Shown piece by piece: positions 10,592 to 20,237 of a stretch of 64,000 nt of DNA. The stretch is taken from the IMG/VR virus record IMGVR_UViG_3300022864_000001, positions 52,029 to 116,028 of that record, one strand, 5' to 3'. Both the position numbers and the translations under genes were made by a program. Each line of letters opens with the position of its first letter. Position 1 is the first letter of the stretch. This stretch comes from a virus. The notes below the pieces were generated by a model. That model was not told where the DNA came from. It worked only from the letters and a program-made list of their open reading frames with translations, and did not search any database.

Positions 10592-10926
10592 GATTCCTCC
10601 CCTTCTTCCTCTTCGCCAGACAGACCCAGTTCACCACCGACAAACTCTGCCAGTTTCATTAGCATGGGCAACGTAAGCCCCTTTAGTTCTGGCTTGATGC
10701 TTGGGCAAGCCATGCTGATGATTTCCATGTTGAGTTCAAGCAGCCGCGCAGGGTTGTCTTCGGTAGCTTTTGTCGCCTCTTCCGCCAGTTGCTCGCGGCG
10801 CTGCAAAATCTGTAGTGCCACCTCGACAGACCGGGCAATGACGGGATATTCTTTGCCCCGAAGCATCACCGACGCTGGGGCGGGAAGTAGCTCATCGAGC
10901 GACAGGATTCTCTTGTTGTCAGTCAC
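10570..10926 (-). CDS. Tail assembly chaperone (gpG-like)
   Basis: 118 aa with an acidic C-terminus, between tail tube and TMP. Confidence 0.8.
   Translation of the reverse strand: MTDNKRILSLDELLPAPASVMLRGKEYPVIARSVEVALQILQRREQLAEEATKATEDNPARLLELNMEIISMACPSIKPELKGLTLPMLMKLAEFVGGELGLSGEEEEGEESGEAEVG
10585..10591 (-). other. -1 programmed ribosomal frameshift site G GGG GAA
   Basis: Minus strand TCG GGG GAA GCG near the end of gpG; a -1 shift enters the 10244..10555 frame. GGGGGAA is a known tail-chaperone slippery sequence in mycobacteriophages. Confidence 0.75.
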
Positions 10927-10954
10927 TTTTCCTCCGTTTTGTGCGTTGCTTTAT

Positions 10955-10983
10955 TTGACTCTTTCCTCGTTTTGTGGTAAAAT
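10955..10983 (+). promoter_or_regulatory. sigma70-type promoter for the antisense Arc/LAGLIDADG cassette
   Basis: TTGACT-N17-TAAAAT with extended TG. Confidence 0.7.
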
Positions 10984-11014
10984 GCTACTACTACAATATC
11001 GAGGAGGATTAACT

Positions 11015-11191
11015 ATGAAAGACTACGTTGGTTTCTCACTACGGCTTCCGCCCGAATTGCATCGGCAGATAAAGGCGCTCGCCAAACGCGATGTGCGTTC
11101 TCTCAACGGCGAGATGGTATACGCGCTGTGGCTATTCACTGACAGGCGACGTGTGTATCCCGACGAAACCGGGAAAGATGATGGCCGTTGA
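11015..11191 (+). CDS. Arc-family ribbon-helix-helix DNA-binding protein
   Basis: MKDYVGFSLRLPPELHRQIKALAKRDVRSLNGEMVYAL has the Arc signature (LRLP...RSLN.E); SD GAGGAGG. Confidence 0.85.
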   Translation: MKDYVGFSLRLPPELHRQIKALAKRDVRSLNGEMVYALWLFTDRRRVYPDETGKDDGR

Positions 11192-12140
11192 ATTGATTTG
11201 TCAACAATGTGGCAAGAGATACCTTGTTAAGCCGTCTGTTGCCAGAAAGGGCCGCAGGCATTGTTCCAAGAAATGCCACAACGAATCTATGAGACGACGT
11301 GTCCAATTGGTATGTAAACACTGCGGTAAAAACTTCAGTGTTATTCCCTCAAGAAGCCACCAGCAATACTGCTCGCGTCGTTGCCGCGATATGGTTTGGA
11401 ATAAGAATCTTACGCCTGACCAGCGGCGGAAATACCCAGTCAATGATAATGCGCTAAATGAGTGGACACCATTTTCCAGTTATGTGCTGGGATTGTTGGC
11501 TGCTGACGGCTGCATACGTGATACTCGGGGCCGCCAAGGCAGTTACATTACTATTTCAAACATAGACAGGATTCTACCAGAGATTGTTCGGGAACTTCTC
11601 GCCCCGACCAAGCCTCTCTATGAGCACAAAACTGCAACAGGAACCCCGCTATACCGTTGCGATGTACATTCCAAACCCCTCGTCGCGCGGCTAATCCAAT
11701 TGGGGCTTGTCCCTCGCAAATCTTCCGTTTTGCGCTTTCCCCCTGTTCCCAATCACGTGCTTGGGCATTTCGCAAGGGGGTATCTCGATGGCGACGGGAC
11801 AGTATGTATTATCAAAGGGCAACGGGTAAAAGGAAAAGACTATCCGCGATACCGCGGTCTCCTTATGAACTTTGTAGGAACGCCCGAATTCTTAGGTGAA
11901 CTATCTTCAAGGCTGTCTGCCGCCACGGGAGTCCGGGCCAAAAATCTCAAGCACAGGCCCGAAGCCAAGAATTGCGCGGTGCTCCAATATCGTAGCAAAG
12001 AATCGTGTCGTCTATTTCACTATCTTTATGGGCCTACCTCCGAAGACCCGTCTGGTATCCCCCACCTCCCGCGTAAGTGGCAAAGATTTATGGATTTCAA
12101 AGATTATGCTCTGGCGAAGGGCTATTGGAGGATGGAATAG
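11178..12140 (+). CDS. LAGLIDADG homing endonuclease with N-terminal Zn-ribbon repeats
   Basis: Motifs YVLGLLAADGCI and HFARGYLDGDGTV; two CxxCGK...CSxxC repeats. Confidence 0.85.
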   Translation: MMAVELICQQCGKRYLVKPSVARKGRRHCSKKCHNESMRRRVQLVCKHCGKNFSVIPSRSHQQYCSRRCRDMVWNKNLTPDQRRKYPVNDNALNEWTPFSSYVLGLLAADGCIRDTRGRQGSYITISNIDRILPEIVRELLAPTKPLYEHKTATGTPLYRCDVHSKPLVARLIQLGLVPRKSSVLRFPPVPNHVLGHFARGYLDGDGTVCIIKGQRVKGKDYPRYRGLLMNFVGTPEFLGELSSRLSAATGVRAKNLKHRPEAKNCAVLQYRSKESCRLFHYLYGPTSEDPSGIPHLPRKWQRFMDFKDYALAKGYWRME

Positions 12141-12181
12141 ACCACCCCCCAATAGCGTCCGGTAATTCTAAGCCTGTAATT

Positions 12182-12706
12182 CTAAATCTCTATTGTGATC
12201 CGCGAGGGCAAAACAGCAGGGTGCGCGGGGTCAAAACTTCCTGTGAATTCTACCTCGTACTCGCTTATTTCGCTATCGCTCAGTGTCACATTGACTGCCG
12301 AGCTCACATACGCGTAGGGCATAGTGATTACTACGCTCTTGTTCCCACACGTTGACATACCTGTGGCGATGATCTCCTGGTAATCGGTAGAGGCCAGTTG
12401 GCCCAGCGTTCCAGACCCATACCACCTACTGTTAGCATCCGAAGACGCGCCCAGGTGGTCCATCAGGACGGAAAGCTGGAAGTAACTTGTCTCCGCCATC
12501 GTGGTGGTTATGCGCGCCACAGCACCAATTACGAAGCCCGTACCGTTGATGTCTCCCCATGCTCCGTGCAAATCTGGGTGATAGCGCTCCACGTCAACCG
12601 TGAAGACAGTCTCGCCCGTCATTGCTCCAATATCCACGGTGGCAACCGTTACTGTTGCACCCGAGGCCAGCATCATATTGCCAGCCGTATTCGCTCCCAT
12701 TGTCAT
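12182..12706 (-). CDS. Major tail (tube) protein
   Basis: 174 aa, beta-rich, ends EYEVEFTG; upstream of the chaperones; SD GGAGG. Confidence 0.8.
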   Translation of the reverse strand: MTMGANTAGNMMLASGATVTVATVDIGAMTGETVFTVDVERYHPDLHGAWGDINGTGFVIGAVARITTTMAETSYFQLSVLMDHLGASSDANSRWYGSGTLGQLASTDYQEIIATGMSTCGNKSVVITMPYAYVSSAVNVTLSDSEISEYEVEFTGSFDPAHPAVLPSRITIEI

Positions 12707-12845
12707 TTTATACCTCCGTCGCGAGCCTTAATCTCGCATTCTTGATTCTGGGCTCTCGCGTAGCTCGTTCGCGCTCGGAGGCGCTGTAGTCATCTCTCCT
12801 GTTTTGTGTTGAGCAAAGGTCGCATAACGACCTTTACGTTACACG

Positions 12846-13118
12846 CTACGGAAAGTCATTCATATGCCCGCAACGCGGACACTTTACTTCTAGGCAAGCC
12901 TCTGATTCGGCACGGCATAGCAACTTACGGCACACGCCCCCCCTGTAGTCGGGGTTCTTGCATCTCCGCTCCTCAAGAATGGGCGGGAATGGTCCGCGCA
13001 AGGCCCGCGCTAACCCCGCGAGGACTGCGGCTAAGCTCCTCATCGCCCGGTTAGTACTGGTATACGCTGGTGCTCTTGTAAGTTCTTCTCCGTCTGCGGA
13101 TGCCGTTTGCTTGCTCAT
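12846..13118 (-). CDS. Mu Com-like zinc-ribbon protein
   Basis: RC..(x)..CRKLL...LEVKCPRCGHMN matches the Com-family pattern. Confidence 0.7.
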   Translation of the reverse strand: MSKQTASADGEELTRAPAYTSTNRAMRSLAAVLAGLARALRGPFPPILEERRCKNPDYRGGVCRKLLCRAESEACLEVKCPRCGHMNDFP

Positions 13119-13172
13119 TCTTGTTCCTCAGAATAATTAGATGAGACCATTGTCAATATATTCCTACTATAA

Positions 13173-13442
13173 TCATGCAGTTCCCCTGCGCCGATTCTCA
13201 AACTTGTGGGCGGTAAACTGGGATATGGGCCACCGCAGACCAAGTTCCTTTAGCAACTCAGGCAGGTATATCAGCCAGTCGCATGTCCAAACCACGTGGC
13301 CCCGCCACACAGTCCCAAACTCCCAATGGACAAGACCGCCCGCCGGTGGGTGGTACATGAACCACAAAAGACCTACACGTAACGACCAACACCCATGTGG
13401 AAGACGATTATATGGCTTTCTCAAGTTTGTCCCCCCTGGCAA
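13173..13442 (-). CDS. Hypothetical protein
   Basis: ORF in the minus-strand operon; no recognisable motif. Confidence 0.35.
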   Translation of the reverse strand: MPGGTNLRKPYNRLPHGCWSLRVGLLWFMYHPPAGGLVHWEFGTVWRGHVVWTCDWLIYLPELLKELGLRWPISQFTAHKFENRRRGTA

Positions 13443-13665
13443 GTCGCCAGATATGTTTTAATATAAGCGGCAATGCAACGGGCCATGCAGGCAATGAAAC
13501 TTTAAGGCGTCCCACAGCAATGGCAAGGCGCAAGGCCCTGCTTTGTCGCACAGCCTCTCTGAACCACAGGGATAGAAATGATGGATGCCGCGTATTTATG
13601 CGCACCAATACATTGCTGCCTGCTTGCTGAACTGTCATGTACTTAGGCAGGTGAATTTTAGCCAT
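13408..13665 (-). CDS. Hypothetical protein
   Basis: Follows the GT4 gene closely, with an SD. Confidence 0.5.
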   Translation of the reverse strand: MAKIHLPKYMTVQQAGSNVLVRINTRHPSFLSLWFREAVRQSRALRLAIAVGRLKVSLPAWPVALPLILKHIWRLARGDKLEKAI

Positions 13666-13668
13666 ATC

Positions 13669-14700
13669 CTAATCCCTCCACGTTCCTAACTTGCGCAGCA
13701 TCTTGGCTGCACGATGTGCAGCATGTTCCCACGTCCAGTTGTCGTAGACATACTCAGAAGCGCGTTGGCCTATGAGATAAGCCTCGTGCTGATTATCATA
13801 ACACCACTGCATCATATCTGTCATAACGTCTTTGTCCGGCGTATGGCCAAATTGGTCACACTCATAAGACGCGCTAGACGTAACGACGCGTTCTTGTCCT
13901 ACAATGGGTATCACCAAGTTATGTTCTTCTCGGACAAACTCAGCCATACCACTAGCTTTAGGGGCGATTACACACAAACCTGTTGCCATTGCCTCTAGGG
14001 GCATTAGCCCAAAGCCCTCACCGCGAGAAGGATATACCATCGTATCGCACATGGCCATGGCTTGGACCAGCTCGTACCAGGACAAGTTGCCCTGCAAGAA
14101 CTTGATCTTGTCATTCTTGGTCTTGTATGGCACGCCGTCCTGTGACATCTTTACGACCAATTCACAATCGGGCAGGTTCAGTTTGTCAAATGCCCGCATG
14201 ACGTCTACTGGCCCCTTGCGCGAGGGTAGGCCGTCAGTCCAGGCAAAGAACCTGTATGGTCTATCACCACGCCTGGCGGGTCGTTCAGGGTCTTCCCTGT
14301 CAATGAACGGGTATCGGTTGGGCTCGAAGCCGTATCCGCTTACCAAGATAGGCAAGTGTTTATCTGCTTCTAGCATTACGTCACGTACAAACTCGCTAGG
14401 AACCCAGATGTGACGGGCCAGTCTGTATAGCGGCAGAAGCGCTTTTGGCAACGGTCGGCACTCTACCATTGTGTGCCAGATTAAATCTGGGTTGTAGCGA
14501 GGCCCGGTGAGCCACGCATAAGGCACAGCTACGACCACACGCCAGTCGTGGTCCAGCGAAAACCTGTCACACAGCGAGATGTCGTCAACGTACTTTTCCA
14601 GAGAATGCGCGAGCATCATTCCCACGCGCCCGTAGCCACCTGCTTGGCTCGTCATTAGACTGCCCCAGGCGAGCTTCATTGGTTGCAGTCCATAACCCAA
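13669..14700 (-). CDS. Glycosyltransferase family 4 (GT-B)
   Basis: GGYG N-terminus, RKG, YPSRGEGFGLMPLEAMATG. Confidence 0.92.
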   Translation of the reverse strand: MGYGLQPMKLAWGSLMTSQAGGYGRVGMMLAHSLEKYVDDISLCDRFSLDHDWRVVVAVPYAWLTGPRYNPDLIWHTMVECRPLPKALLPLYRLARHIWVPSEFVRDVMLEADKHLPILVSGYGFEPNRYPFIDREDPERPARRGDRPYRFFAWTDGLPSRKGPVDVMRAFDKLNLPDCELVVKMSQDGVPYKTKNDKIKFLQGNLSWYELVQAMAMCDTMVYPSRGEGFGLMPLEAMATGLCVIAPKASGMAEFVREEHNLVIPIVGQERVVTSSASYECDQFGHTPDKDVMTDMMQWCYDNQHEAYLIGQRASEYVYDNWTWEHAAHRAAKMLRKLGTWRD

Positions 14701-14930
14701 CAGCTGGAGTCGTCCAACAGGCCCATATGGTTGTCGCCTGGCGCTAAACGTTCTAGCGGCGCTAAGCGTTCTAGGGCCGTAGCAATGCGTTCCAACGCGC
14801 TAGCTATCCTGTCTTCTGGCGTTACTGCTGTTGTTACTTCACCAAGAGGCCACGCCTCCCACGCATTTGTCCCGTAGTACTGCCGACCACTGTCGCGAAA
14901 TTCGTCGTAACCCTGAACTGATACCGACAT
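14676..14930 (-). CDS. Hypothetical protein
   Basis: SD GAGGAGGG; short coiled coil RIASALERIATALE. Confidence 0.55.
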   Translation of the reverse strand: MSVSVQGYDEFRDSGRQYYGTNAWEAWPLGEVTTAVTPEDRIASALERIATALERLAPLERLAPGDNHMGLLDDSSCWVMDCNQ

Positions 14931-14970
14931 CTAACCCTCCTCAACGCTCACGGCGTTCTTTTCGTTAGTC

Positions 14971-15192
14971 TCAACAACTCAGCGCGGGGGCTTCTACCCC
15001 CGGTACAAACTTGCACGCAATGGGTTGCCCAACAGGCCGCCCCTGTCGCGCCAGCAATTCTGTCATGGCAGCATATGTCGCATGGGCGTCCCCGCACATC
15101 TCTGGGCCAAGAACGTTATACATCCAGCGCGCGCAACCAATGAAGAGACAAGCCCTCTCTAGCGTTAAGACATCAGCTCGCGACAGGGTCAT
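14971..15192 (-). CDS. Hypothetical protein
   Basis: ATGA overlap with the upstream gene. Confidence 0.5.
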   Translation of the reverse strand: MTLSRADVLTLERACLFIGCARWMYNVLGPEMCGDAHATYAAMTELLARQGRPVGQPIACKFVPGVEAPALSC

Positions 15193-15884
15193 AGCCGATA
15201 GCCGCGCCCCCTCATTTCCTCAACATCTTCTGTCAGCAACCCAGATACGTCTGCGATGCTATTATTGCCGCGCCTGTACACAACTGAGTGTCGAACAGGC
15301 CATTGCCGAGTGCCAAGGACTATATCGTCGGCATCTCTTGATAGGCGGCGAGTGCCTCTGATCTCAACGTCCCAAGGCGATTCGCCCGGAATGAGATGCT
15401 TCAATAGCAGTTCCTTTCTCCACAAGCCCGTTAGCAAGCTCATGTGGTACGGTGATGCTGGGTCTGACTTTACGAGATCCAGCCGATCAGTCCAGCCATG
15501 CTCTGACATATTCGGGGCATAGAGGCGGTCGGTGCATAGATCAATCTTTAGAACGCCCCTGTGTTGGTGCATGTAGTTATACAGGATTCTAATTGCCGCA
15601 TCATCTACCGGTCGTACTAGCCAGTAGTCTTCAAGCATGAAGACGAATACTTCTTCGGACACCATCCCCAGGAACTTGATGAATGCGTCCGACCACTTGT
15701 CAATCGGATAGTCAGCCATGTCGCCCAAGGATACGAAGCTAAAGTTCGGCGGCAGCATGAAGTCGGGGTGCTTGAAACCGCCAACTACGACCCGCTGCAC
15801 TGGACTCCAGTATCTATTAAACAAATACGCGAAGGGCTGCAAGGCGTGCAAATAGTGGTCACAGGTGAGTACAAGGACCCCCAC
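15189..15884 (-). CDS. Putative GT-A fold glycosyltransferase
   Basis: VLVLTCDHY, FMLEDYWL (DxD-like), GLWRKE, SPWDVE. Confidence 0.65.
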   Translation of the reverse strand: MGVLVLTCDHYLHALQPFAYLFNRYWSPVQRVVVGGFKHPDFMLPPNFSFVSLGDMADYPIDKWSDAFIKFLGMVSEEVFVFMLEDYWLVRPVDDAAIRILYNYMHQHRGVLKIDLCTDRLYAPNMSEHGWTDRLDLVKSDPASPYHMSLLTGLWRKELLLKHLIPGESPWDVEIRGTRRLSRDADDIVLGTRQWPVRHSVVYRRGNNSIADVSGLLTEDVEEMRGRGYRL

Positions 15885-17239
15885 AATTCATCCATATACG
15901 AACGGCTCCGCACGCCCGCCCAAACATCGAAAATGCTACCTATGTCAAACGCAACCCCGCCCCTCTCTTTTACCCGCGCTGCATACATCTTCCCCAGGGG
16001 CCCCGCGCCTATGAGGAAAAGATGCCCAGGATATGGCACTTTGATTTCGTCCATTAGCTCATGGTATCTTGTAGGCCAATGGTAGTTGGCCCGCCGCTCG
16101 CGCATTGTCTGTGCCTCTACCGGAACAGGATACCATCGCACAGAGCCAATACCATACTCTGCTTGCAGTTGGCGCCCTATACCGCGGCAACCGATGATAC
16201 TAATGCTCTCTCGGCCTTTCAGCAATGGTTGAAAGAGGCGTTGTTGATAAAACTCAATGTGCAAATCGCCATTGGCCAGCTTGCCCCCGGGCGCAACGAG
16301 ATTGTATGCCTTTAGGTAGAGTTCTACTTTGTCCCAGTCCCCAGGTCTGCGTCTGTGCTCCTCGTCTGGTACGCCAATGATATCGGCCTGCCTTGCTGCT
16401 TGGCGAAGGTTGTTTGCCATGTTGGTTAAGTCGCCCCAGCTAAACTGTTGCGGCCCAAACCAATAGTCCAATGACCGGAATAGCGGCGTCCGCCTTTCGG
16501 TAAACTCCGGCCAGGCCAGCAAGCGTGCTCCACCATCGTTTATCCTAATTACCGACAATGGTCGCCCGCTGTCTATACAATCACACAGCCTGTCTAACAC
16601 CTCTACGGCATTGACATAGACAGGCTTAGGCCCAGCAGGCAGCAGATAGCCCTCTCGCATTGGTGGCATATTGCGATAGACCGGGAAACGCCATGCGGCC
16701 CAGGCCGCATCAAAGAATGCTCGGCCCAGATTGACCTTCCAGTAGATGTCGTCTACGACAATGACGCCCTTTGTATGCGCCACATTCATAATGTCCGTGT
16801 AGCACACATCATAACGGTGCAGGCCATCTACGAATGCGAAGCACAGCGGGCGTGCTTTCAATGCCGCCACGGTATCTTTGTTCGTTGACGCAGTGCGGAA
16901 GATGTCTATAATGTCTGCGTACTCCGCCGTGTTCTCTAGGAACGCGTCGTACTCCCATCCCTCGCATTCTGGCGAACCAGGCCCCCAGGGGTCTACGACG
17001 ACAACGCGACGACCATACTTTTGCGCTACCTCAGCTAGTATGCAGGTTGTTACGCCGGTCTTCGCGCCAATTTCTACGAAGTCGCCAGGGAATTGCCCAG
17101 CGCATAACTCAGCGACCCAGCGCAATCTATCTGGCTGACAGTGCCCGCCGCGGCCCTTCTTGGCACATTCTGGCGCCATCGGTTCGTCGAATTCTGCTGT
17201 GATGGCTTTTACGTCGCCGTATAGGGATAATGTGTTCAT
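15785..17239 (-). CDS. Class I SAM methyltransferase (Methyltransf_24-like) fused to a GT-D-like domain
   Basis: VEIGAKTG, VVDPW, FVDGLH.Y, VVDD; C-terminal half SVIRINDG, IIGV, LIGAGPLGK, DIGSIFD.WAG. Confidence 0.75.
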   Translation of the reverse strand: MNTLSLYGDVKAITAEFDEPMAPECAKKGRGGHCQPDRLRWVAELCAGQFPGDFVEIGAKTGVTTCILAEVAQKYGRRVVVVDPWGPGSPECEGWEYDAFLENTAEYADIIDIFRTASTNKDTVAALKARPLCFAFVDGLHRYDVCYTDIMNVAHTKGVIVVDDIYWKVNLGRAFFDAAWAAWRFPVYRNMPPMREGYLLPAGPKPVYVNAVEVLDRLCDCIDSGRPLSVIRINDGGARLLAWPEFTERRTPLFRSLDYWFGPQQFSWGDLTNMANNLRQAARQADIIGVPDEEHRRRPGDWDKVELYLKAYNLVAPGGKLANGDLHIEFYQQRLFQPLLKGRESISIIGCRGIGRQLQAEYGIGSVRWYPVPVEAQTMRERRANYHWPTRYHELMDEIKVPYPGHLFLIGAGPLGKMYAARVKERGGVAFDIGSIFDVWAGVRSRSYMDELWGSLYSPVTTICTPCSPSRICLIDTGVQCSGS

Positions 17240-17439
17240 GTGACAATTCCCGACATCTCTTGCACCTCTTCTCTGGCGCACCAAGCCACAAAGCCCCGAA
17301 GCCTTCCCTCTGTAAGTTCGTAGCAACTTCCGCAAAGGTTTTCTTCGGAATCCTCTAGCATAACCAGGTAGCGATTGATTGCAAAGCGCAGCCTGTCAAC
17401 GAAGCCAAATGTTATTAGAACCATGTTGTCAGTGCCCAT
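17236..17439 (-). CDS. Hypothetical protein
   Basis: SD GGAGGGG; stop overlaps the next start. Confidence 0.5.
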   Translation of the reverse strand: MGTDNMVLITFGFVDRLRFAINRYLVMLEDSEENLCGSCYELTEGRLRGFVAWCAREEVQEMSGIVT

Positions 17440-17515
17440 GTCCCCTCCAATACCATTGTTACGATACCTCAGAAGTTACAGACATCTTGCGATGAATTGT
17501 AACATCATTGAAACA

Positions 17516-17725
17516 TCACAGCCTAACAACGCGAGCGCCATCGGGCACACGGGGCAAATCCCTCCGTGGCGGGCCAAGGTTGCCATCCTCGTCCCTAGAG
17601 GCTACAAAGCAGCCCATCAGAGATTGCCATGTCCCGTGGGCAGCGATCCAGACAGCATACTCGCCACTCTCCGTTTGGCGTATTTCCCAATTTGTGAATT
17701 GCTCTGTCGCAACATATTCATTCAT
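17516..17725 (-). CDS. Small hypothetical protein, paralog of 17722..17922
   Basis: NEYVATEQFTNWEIRQTESG...WQSL versus NEDIATEQFTVGEVRQKKSG...WQSL. Confidence 0.6.
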   Translation of the reverse strand: MNEYVATEQFTNWEIRQTESGEYAVWIAAHGTWQSLMGCFVASRDEDGNLGPPRRDLPRVPDGARVVRL

Positions 17726-17922
17726 GGGAGTATCACTGGCTGACAACGCGGGCCTTCAGGGACAAGCGGCAAATTGACGGGGCCGTCGCCCTCCTTCCAG
17801 GTGAGAGCAGCGCCAGCCAAGGATTGCCACCCGTCACCGTTCCAGACAAACAGTTGTCCGCTCTTCTTCTGCCGCACTTCTCCAACTGTAAATTGCTCTG
17901 TCGCAATATCTTCATTTAGCAC
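17722..17922 (-). CDS. Small hypothetical protein, paralog of 17516..17725
   Basis: GTG start overlapping the end of the DUF616 gene; clear similarity to its neighbour. Confidence 0.6.
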   Translation of the reverse strand: MLNEDIATEQFTVGEVRQKKSGQLFVWNGDGWQSLAGAALTWKEGDGPVNLPLVPEGPRCQPVILP

Positions 17923-18568
17923 GGAACATCTCCTCTCGGTGCTCAGACCGCCAGAACATATCAGGCGCAAGCCCGGGCCACAAGTTGGCAGGAATAATCC
18001 CACACTTCATGTCCATCTTCCATAAGCAGTAGGGAAAACTGAGTTGGTCTCTGAGCGTGTAGTGTAGCATCTCGGTCCACCACGCCTCGTTGAAAGTTGC
18101 TATAGTATCGGTGTTGCGGCGGACAAGTACTCCAGTAGCAAACATTGGCCCTGCGTACCCCTCTTTCAAATAGGCGGCAAGCTGTCCATAGACTGCATCG
18201 ATGCTGCCACGCCCCGCAGTCACTATTGCCTTAGCTTCCTCGCGAATATCTTTATGCCACGGATGTTTGAACGCTGCCATGTCATGTCCGTCCAAGAAGC
18301 ACGCTACCTCGTCGGGCAATACCTTTAGCCCTATGTCGCCGTCGTGCCAAATAGTTGTGTCGGTATTGGGGAACCATCTGTGGGGCAATGCCTTGTACAT
18401 GCGCGCCTCGCGTCGCGGGTCTTTATGCTTTCTCTCTACAATGCGTATGTCCCAACCACGGGAGTTTACGTTAGCATCAGTGAAACAGACGTGGTGAGCA
18501 TGGGCTGTTTTGTTGGGGATGAGAAAGTCGTAATTGCCGAATATGGCTGTATATACGACGGTCTTCAC
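17912..18568 (-). CDS. DUF616 / TOD1-MUCI70-like glycosyltransferase
   Basis: VVYTAIFGNYD, CFTD, K.LPHR.F, WHDG, RDQLSFPY. Confidence 0.85.
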   Translation of the reverse strand: MKTVVYTAIFGNYDFLIPNKTAHAHHVCFTDANVNSRGWDIRIVERKHKDPRREARMYKALPHRWFPNTDTTIWHDGDIGLKVLPDEVACFLDGHDMAAFKHPWHKDIREEAKAIVTAGRGSIDAVYGQLAAYLKEGYAGPMFATGVLVRRNTDTIATFNEAWWTEMLHYTLRDQLSFPYCLWKMDMKCGIIPANLWPGLAPDMFWRSEHREEMFRAK

Positions 18569-19167
18569 AGCATCCCCTCTAGCACCTTGAACCTCAACGT
18601 CGCGCTATCTTGCAGCTTCCAATCGCTTATCGTTGCCCCCACCGCATGCTCGACAAATACGTGTTGCGCCAGAACGCTTCGCCATCCCTTCTTGTATGCC
18701 TGAAGAGTAAGCCAATTGTCTGAACCGTAATGGACAAAGTCGGGGTCAAGCAGCCCCACATCGGCGAAGACTTCGCTCTTTATGAGCGTACAGAAGAAAG
18801 ACAATAGAAATACGCGCCTGTGACCAAACGGCATCCCCGGCCAGCCAGAAGATTGTATCTCACCCCGACACCTGCCACTAGGCCCAGCGAAGCCGTATTC
18901 AGGCTTGCTATCTATGGCCTCCCTGAGCAGTACAAGCCAGTTGTCCGTTATTGGAACAGCGTCGTCGTTGAGCAAACACACATAATCGGTATCAAGCCGA
19001 CGCAGCCCCTTATTGACAGTCTTGGTAAATCCATCCCCGTCTACATCATGGACAATATCTAGCTTGGCCTCACACCCAGCATTGGCTAAGGCAGCCCGCC
19101 CAGTTGCTGCTGCAACATCAGGGCGCAACGTGGGGATGATGATGGTTATCATTTCCTTACGTACCAT
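18565..19167 (-). CDS. Glycosyltransferase family 2
   Basis: IIIPT, GFTKTVNKGL, LLNDD, VGLLDPDF.HYGSD. Confidence 0.88.
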   Translation of the reverse strand: MVRKEMITIIIPTLRPDVAAATGRAALANAGCEAKLDIVHDVDGDGFTKTVNKGLRRLDTDYVCLLNDDAVPITDNWLVLLREAIDSKPEYGFAGPSGRCRGEIQSSGWPGMPFGHRRVFLLSFFCTLIKSEVFADVGLLDPDFVHYGSDNWLTLQAYKKGWRSVLAQHVFVEHAVGATISDWKLQDSATLRFKVLEGML

Positions 19168-19730
19168 ACTGTATCAGGCAAAAACCATACGTCTTCAAGC
19201 AATTCGTCTACCGCCCGTATTACGCCAAGATACTGTGGCTCGTAGTCATGGCCCGCCAAGATGCCTCCCGTCCGTACAATGGGCAACCACGCCCTAATGT
19301 CGTCCTTTACTGACCGATACGAGTGATTGCCATCAATATACACCAAATCAAGCGATTCTGGCTCAAATAACTTCGCCGCCCATACTGACGGCAGCCGCCA
19401 TACGTGAACTATTTCGGGGTATTGTGCTCCAAACCGCAACGCGTGTTGAAAATCGCCCTCCCAATCAATAACATGCCCTATCTCACAACCAACGCGGTCC
19501 TCGCCCACAGCGCCCTCAACCGCATATGACCGCCATGGGTCAATAAGATGGTAAGCATCGAGTTGCTCCGCGCACGTAGACAATACCATTTCTGAACTAT
19601 AGCACTTGTGTACACCCACTTCGGCTACGGTTCGGCACTTACCGACTCGTATGAGGCCCACGAGTGACTGCGTATGCATTCCAGGTACGCGGTAGCGCTG
19701 GGCAGCTGCTTTCCGCCTATCGCTCACCAC
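19149..19730 (-). CDS. Class I SAM methyltransferase (Methyltransf_24-like)
   Basis: AEVGV, IDPW, DLVYIDGNHSY..VKDDI.AW...V..GGILAGHDY. Confidence 0.88.
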   Translation of the reverse strand: MVSDRRKAAAQRYRVPGMHTQSLVGLIRVGKCRTVAEVGVHKCYSSEMVLSTCAEQLDAYHLIDPWRSYAVEGAVGEDRVGCEIGHVIDWEGDFQHALRFGAQYPEIVHVWRLPSVWAAKLFEPESLDLVYIDGNHSYRSVKDDIRAWLPIVRTGGILAGHDYEPQYLGVIRAVDELLEDVWFLPDTVWYVRK

Positions 19731-19969
19731 TCAATATCCTCGCTTATCGTGCGTTCTTCTTCCCACCAAAACAGCGCCCGGTGGGCGTCTCGGACATGGC
19801 CCGCCGCGACATCTACCGCATCGAGGAATGGATTGTCTTCGTCGCGACCCTGATTATCCTGCCACGCCTCAATATCACCCAAGAGGGTGAAGAGTTCGTC
19901 TTGCCAACGACCAGCGCGGCGCTCTGCATTAAGGGGCACTCGCATCGTCCACAACCCCAATGAACTCAT
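19724..19969 (-). CDS. Hypothetical protein
   Basis: Packed ORF in the operon. Confidence 0.4.
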   Translation of the reverse strand: MSSLGLWTMRVPLNAERRAGRWQDELFTLLGDIEAWQDNQGRDEDNPFLDAVDVAAGHVRDAHRALFWWEEERTISEDIEW

Positions 19970-20237
19970 CTAAAAACCCGCGCATCTCCTGCGCCTTATC
20001 CTTGCTAATGAGAACACAGTCCCAATGTCCATATTTACAACGATAACCGAACACGTAACGTATGGCCGTCCATAAACGACGGAAGATATTCTCCCACGTT
20101 ATCAAATGCGGTTCCATGTACAACTCGTCTTCATCACCGCCATAACCGGGCCAATAGGTCAGGATAAACTGGTGTTCTGGCGAACCGCAACTGCAACTGA
20201 TTAGTTTTTCGCGCGGGCTTCCATCTCGTCGAGCCAT
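19929..20237 (-). CDS. Hypothetical phage protein (CxC..EH motif)
   Basis: ISCSCGSPEH...IRYVFGY..KYGHWD. Confidence 0.6.
   Translation of the reverse strand: MARRDGSPREKLISCSCGSPEHQFILTYWPGYGGDEDELYMEPHLITWENIFRRLWTAIRYVFGYRCKYGHWDCVLISKDKAQEMRGFLDEFIGVVDDASAP

Noticed and set aside
11178-12140. LAGLIDADG as part of an intron or intein
   Set aside because: It is antisense and intergenic with its own promoter; the flanking tail tube and chaperone genes are uninterrupted.
14735-14780. 18-bp duplication encoding LERLAP twice
   Set aside because: A local slippage duplication in a small ORF, with no wider pattern.
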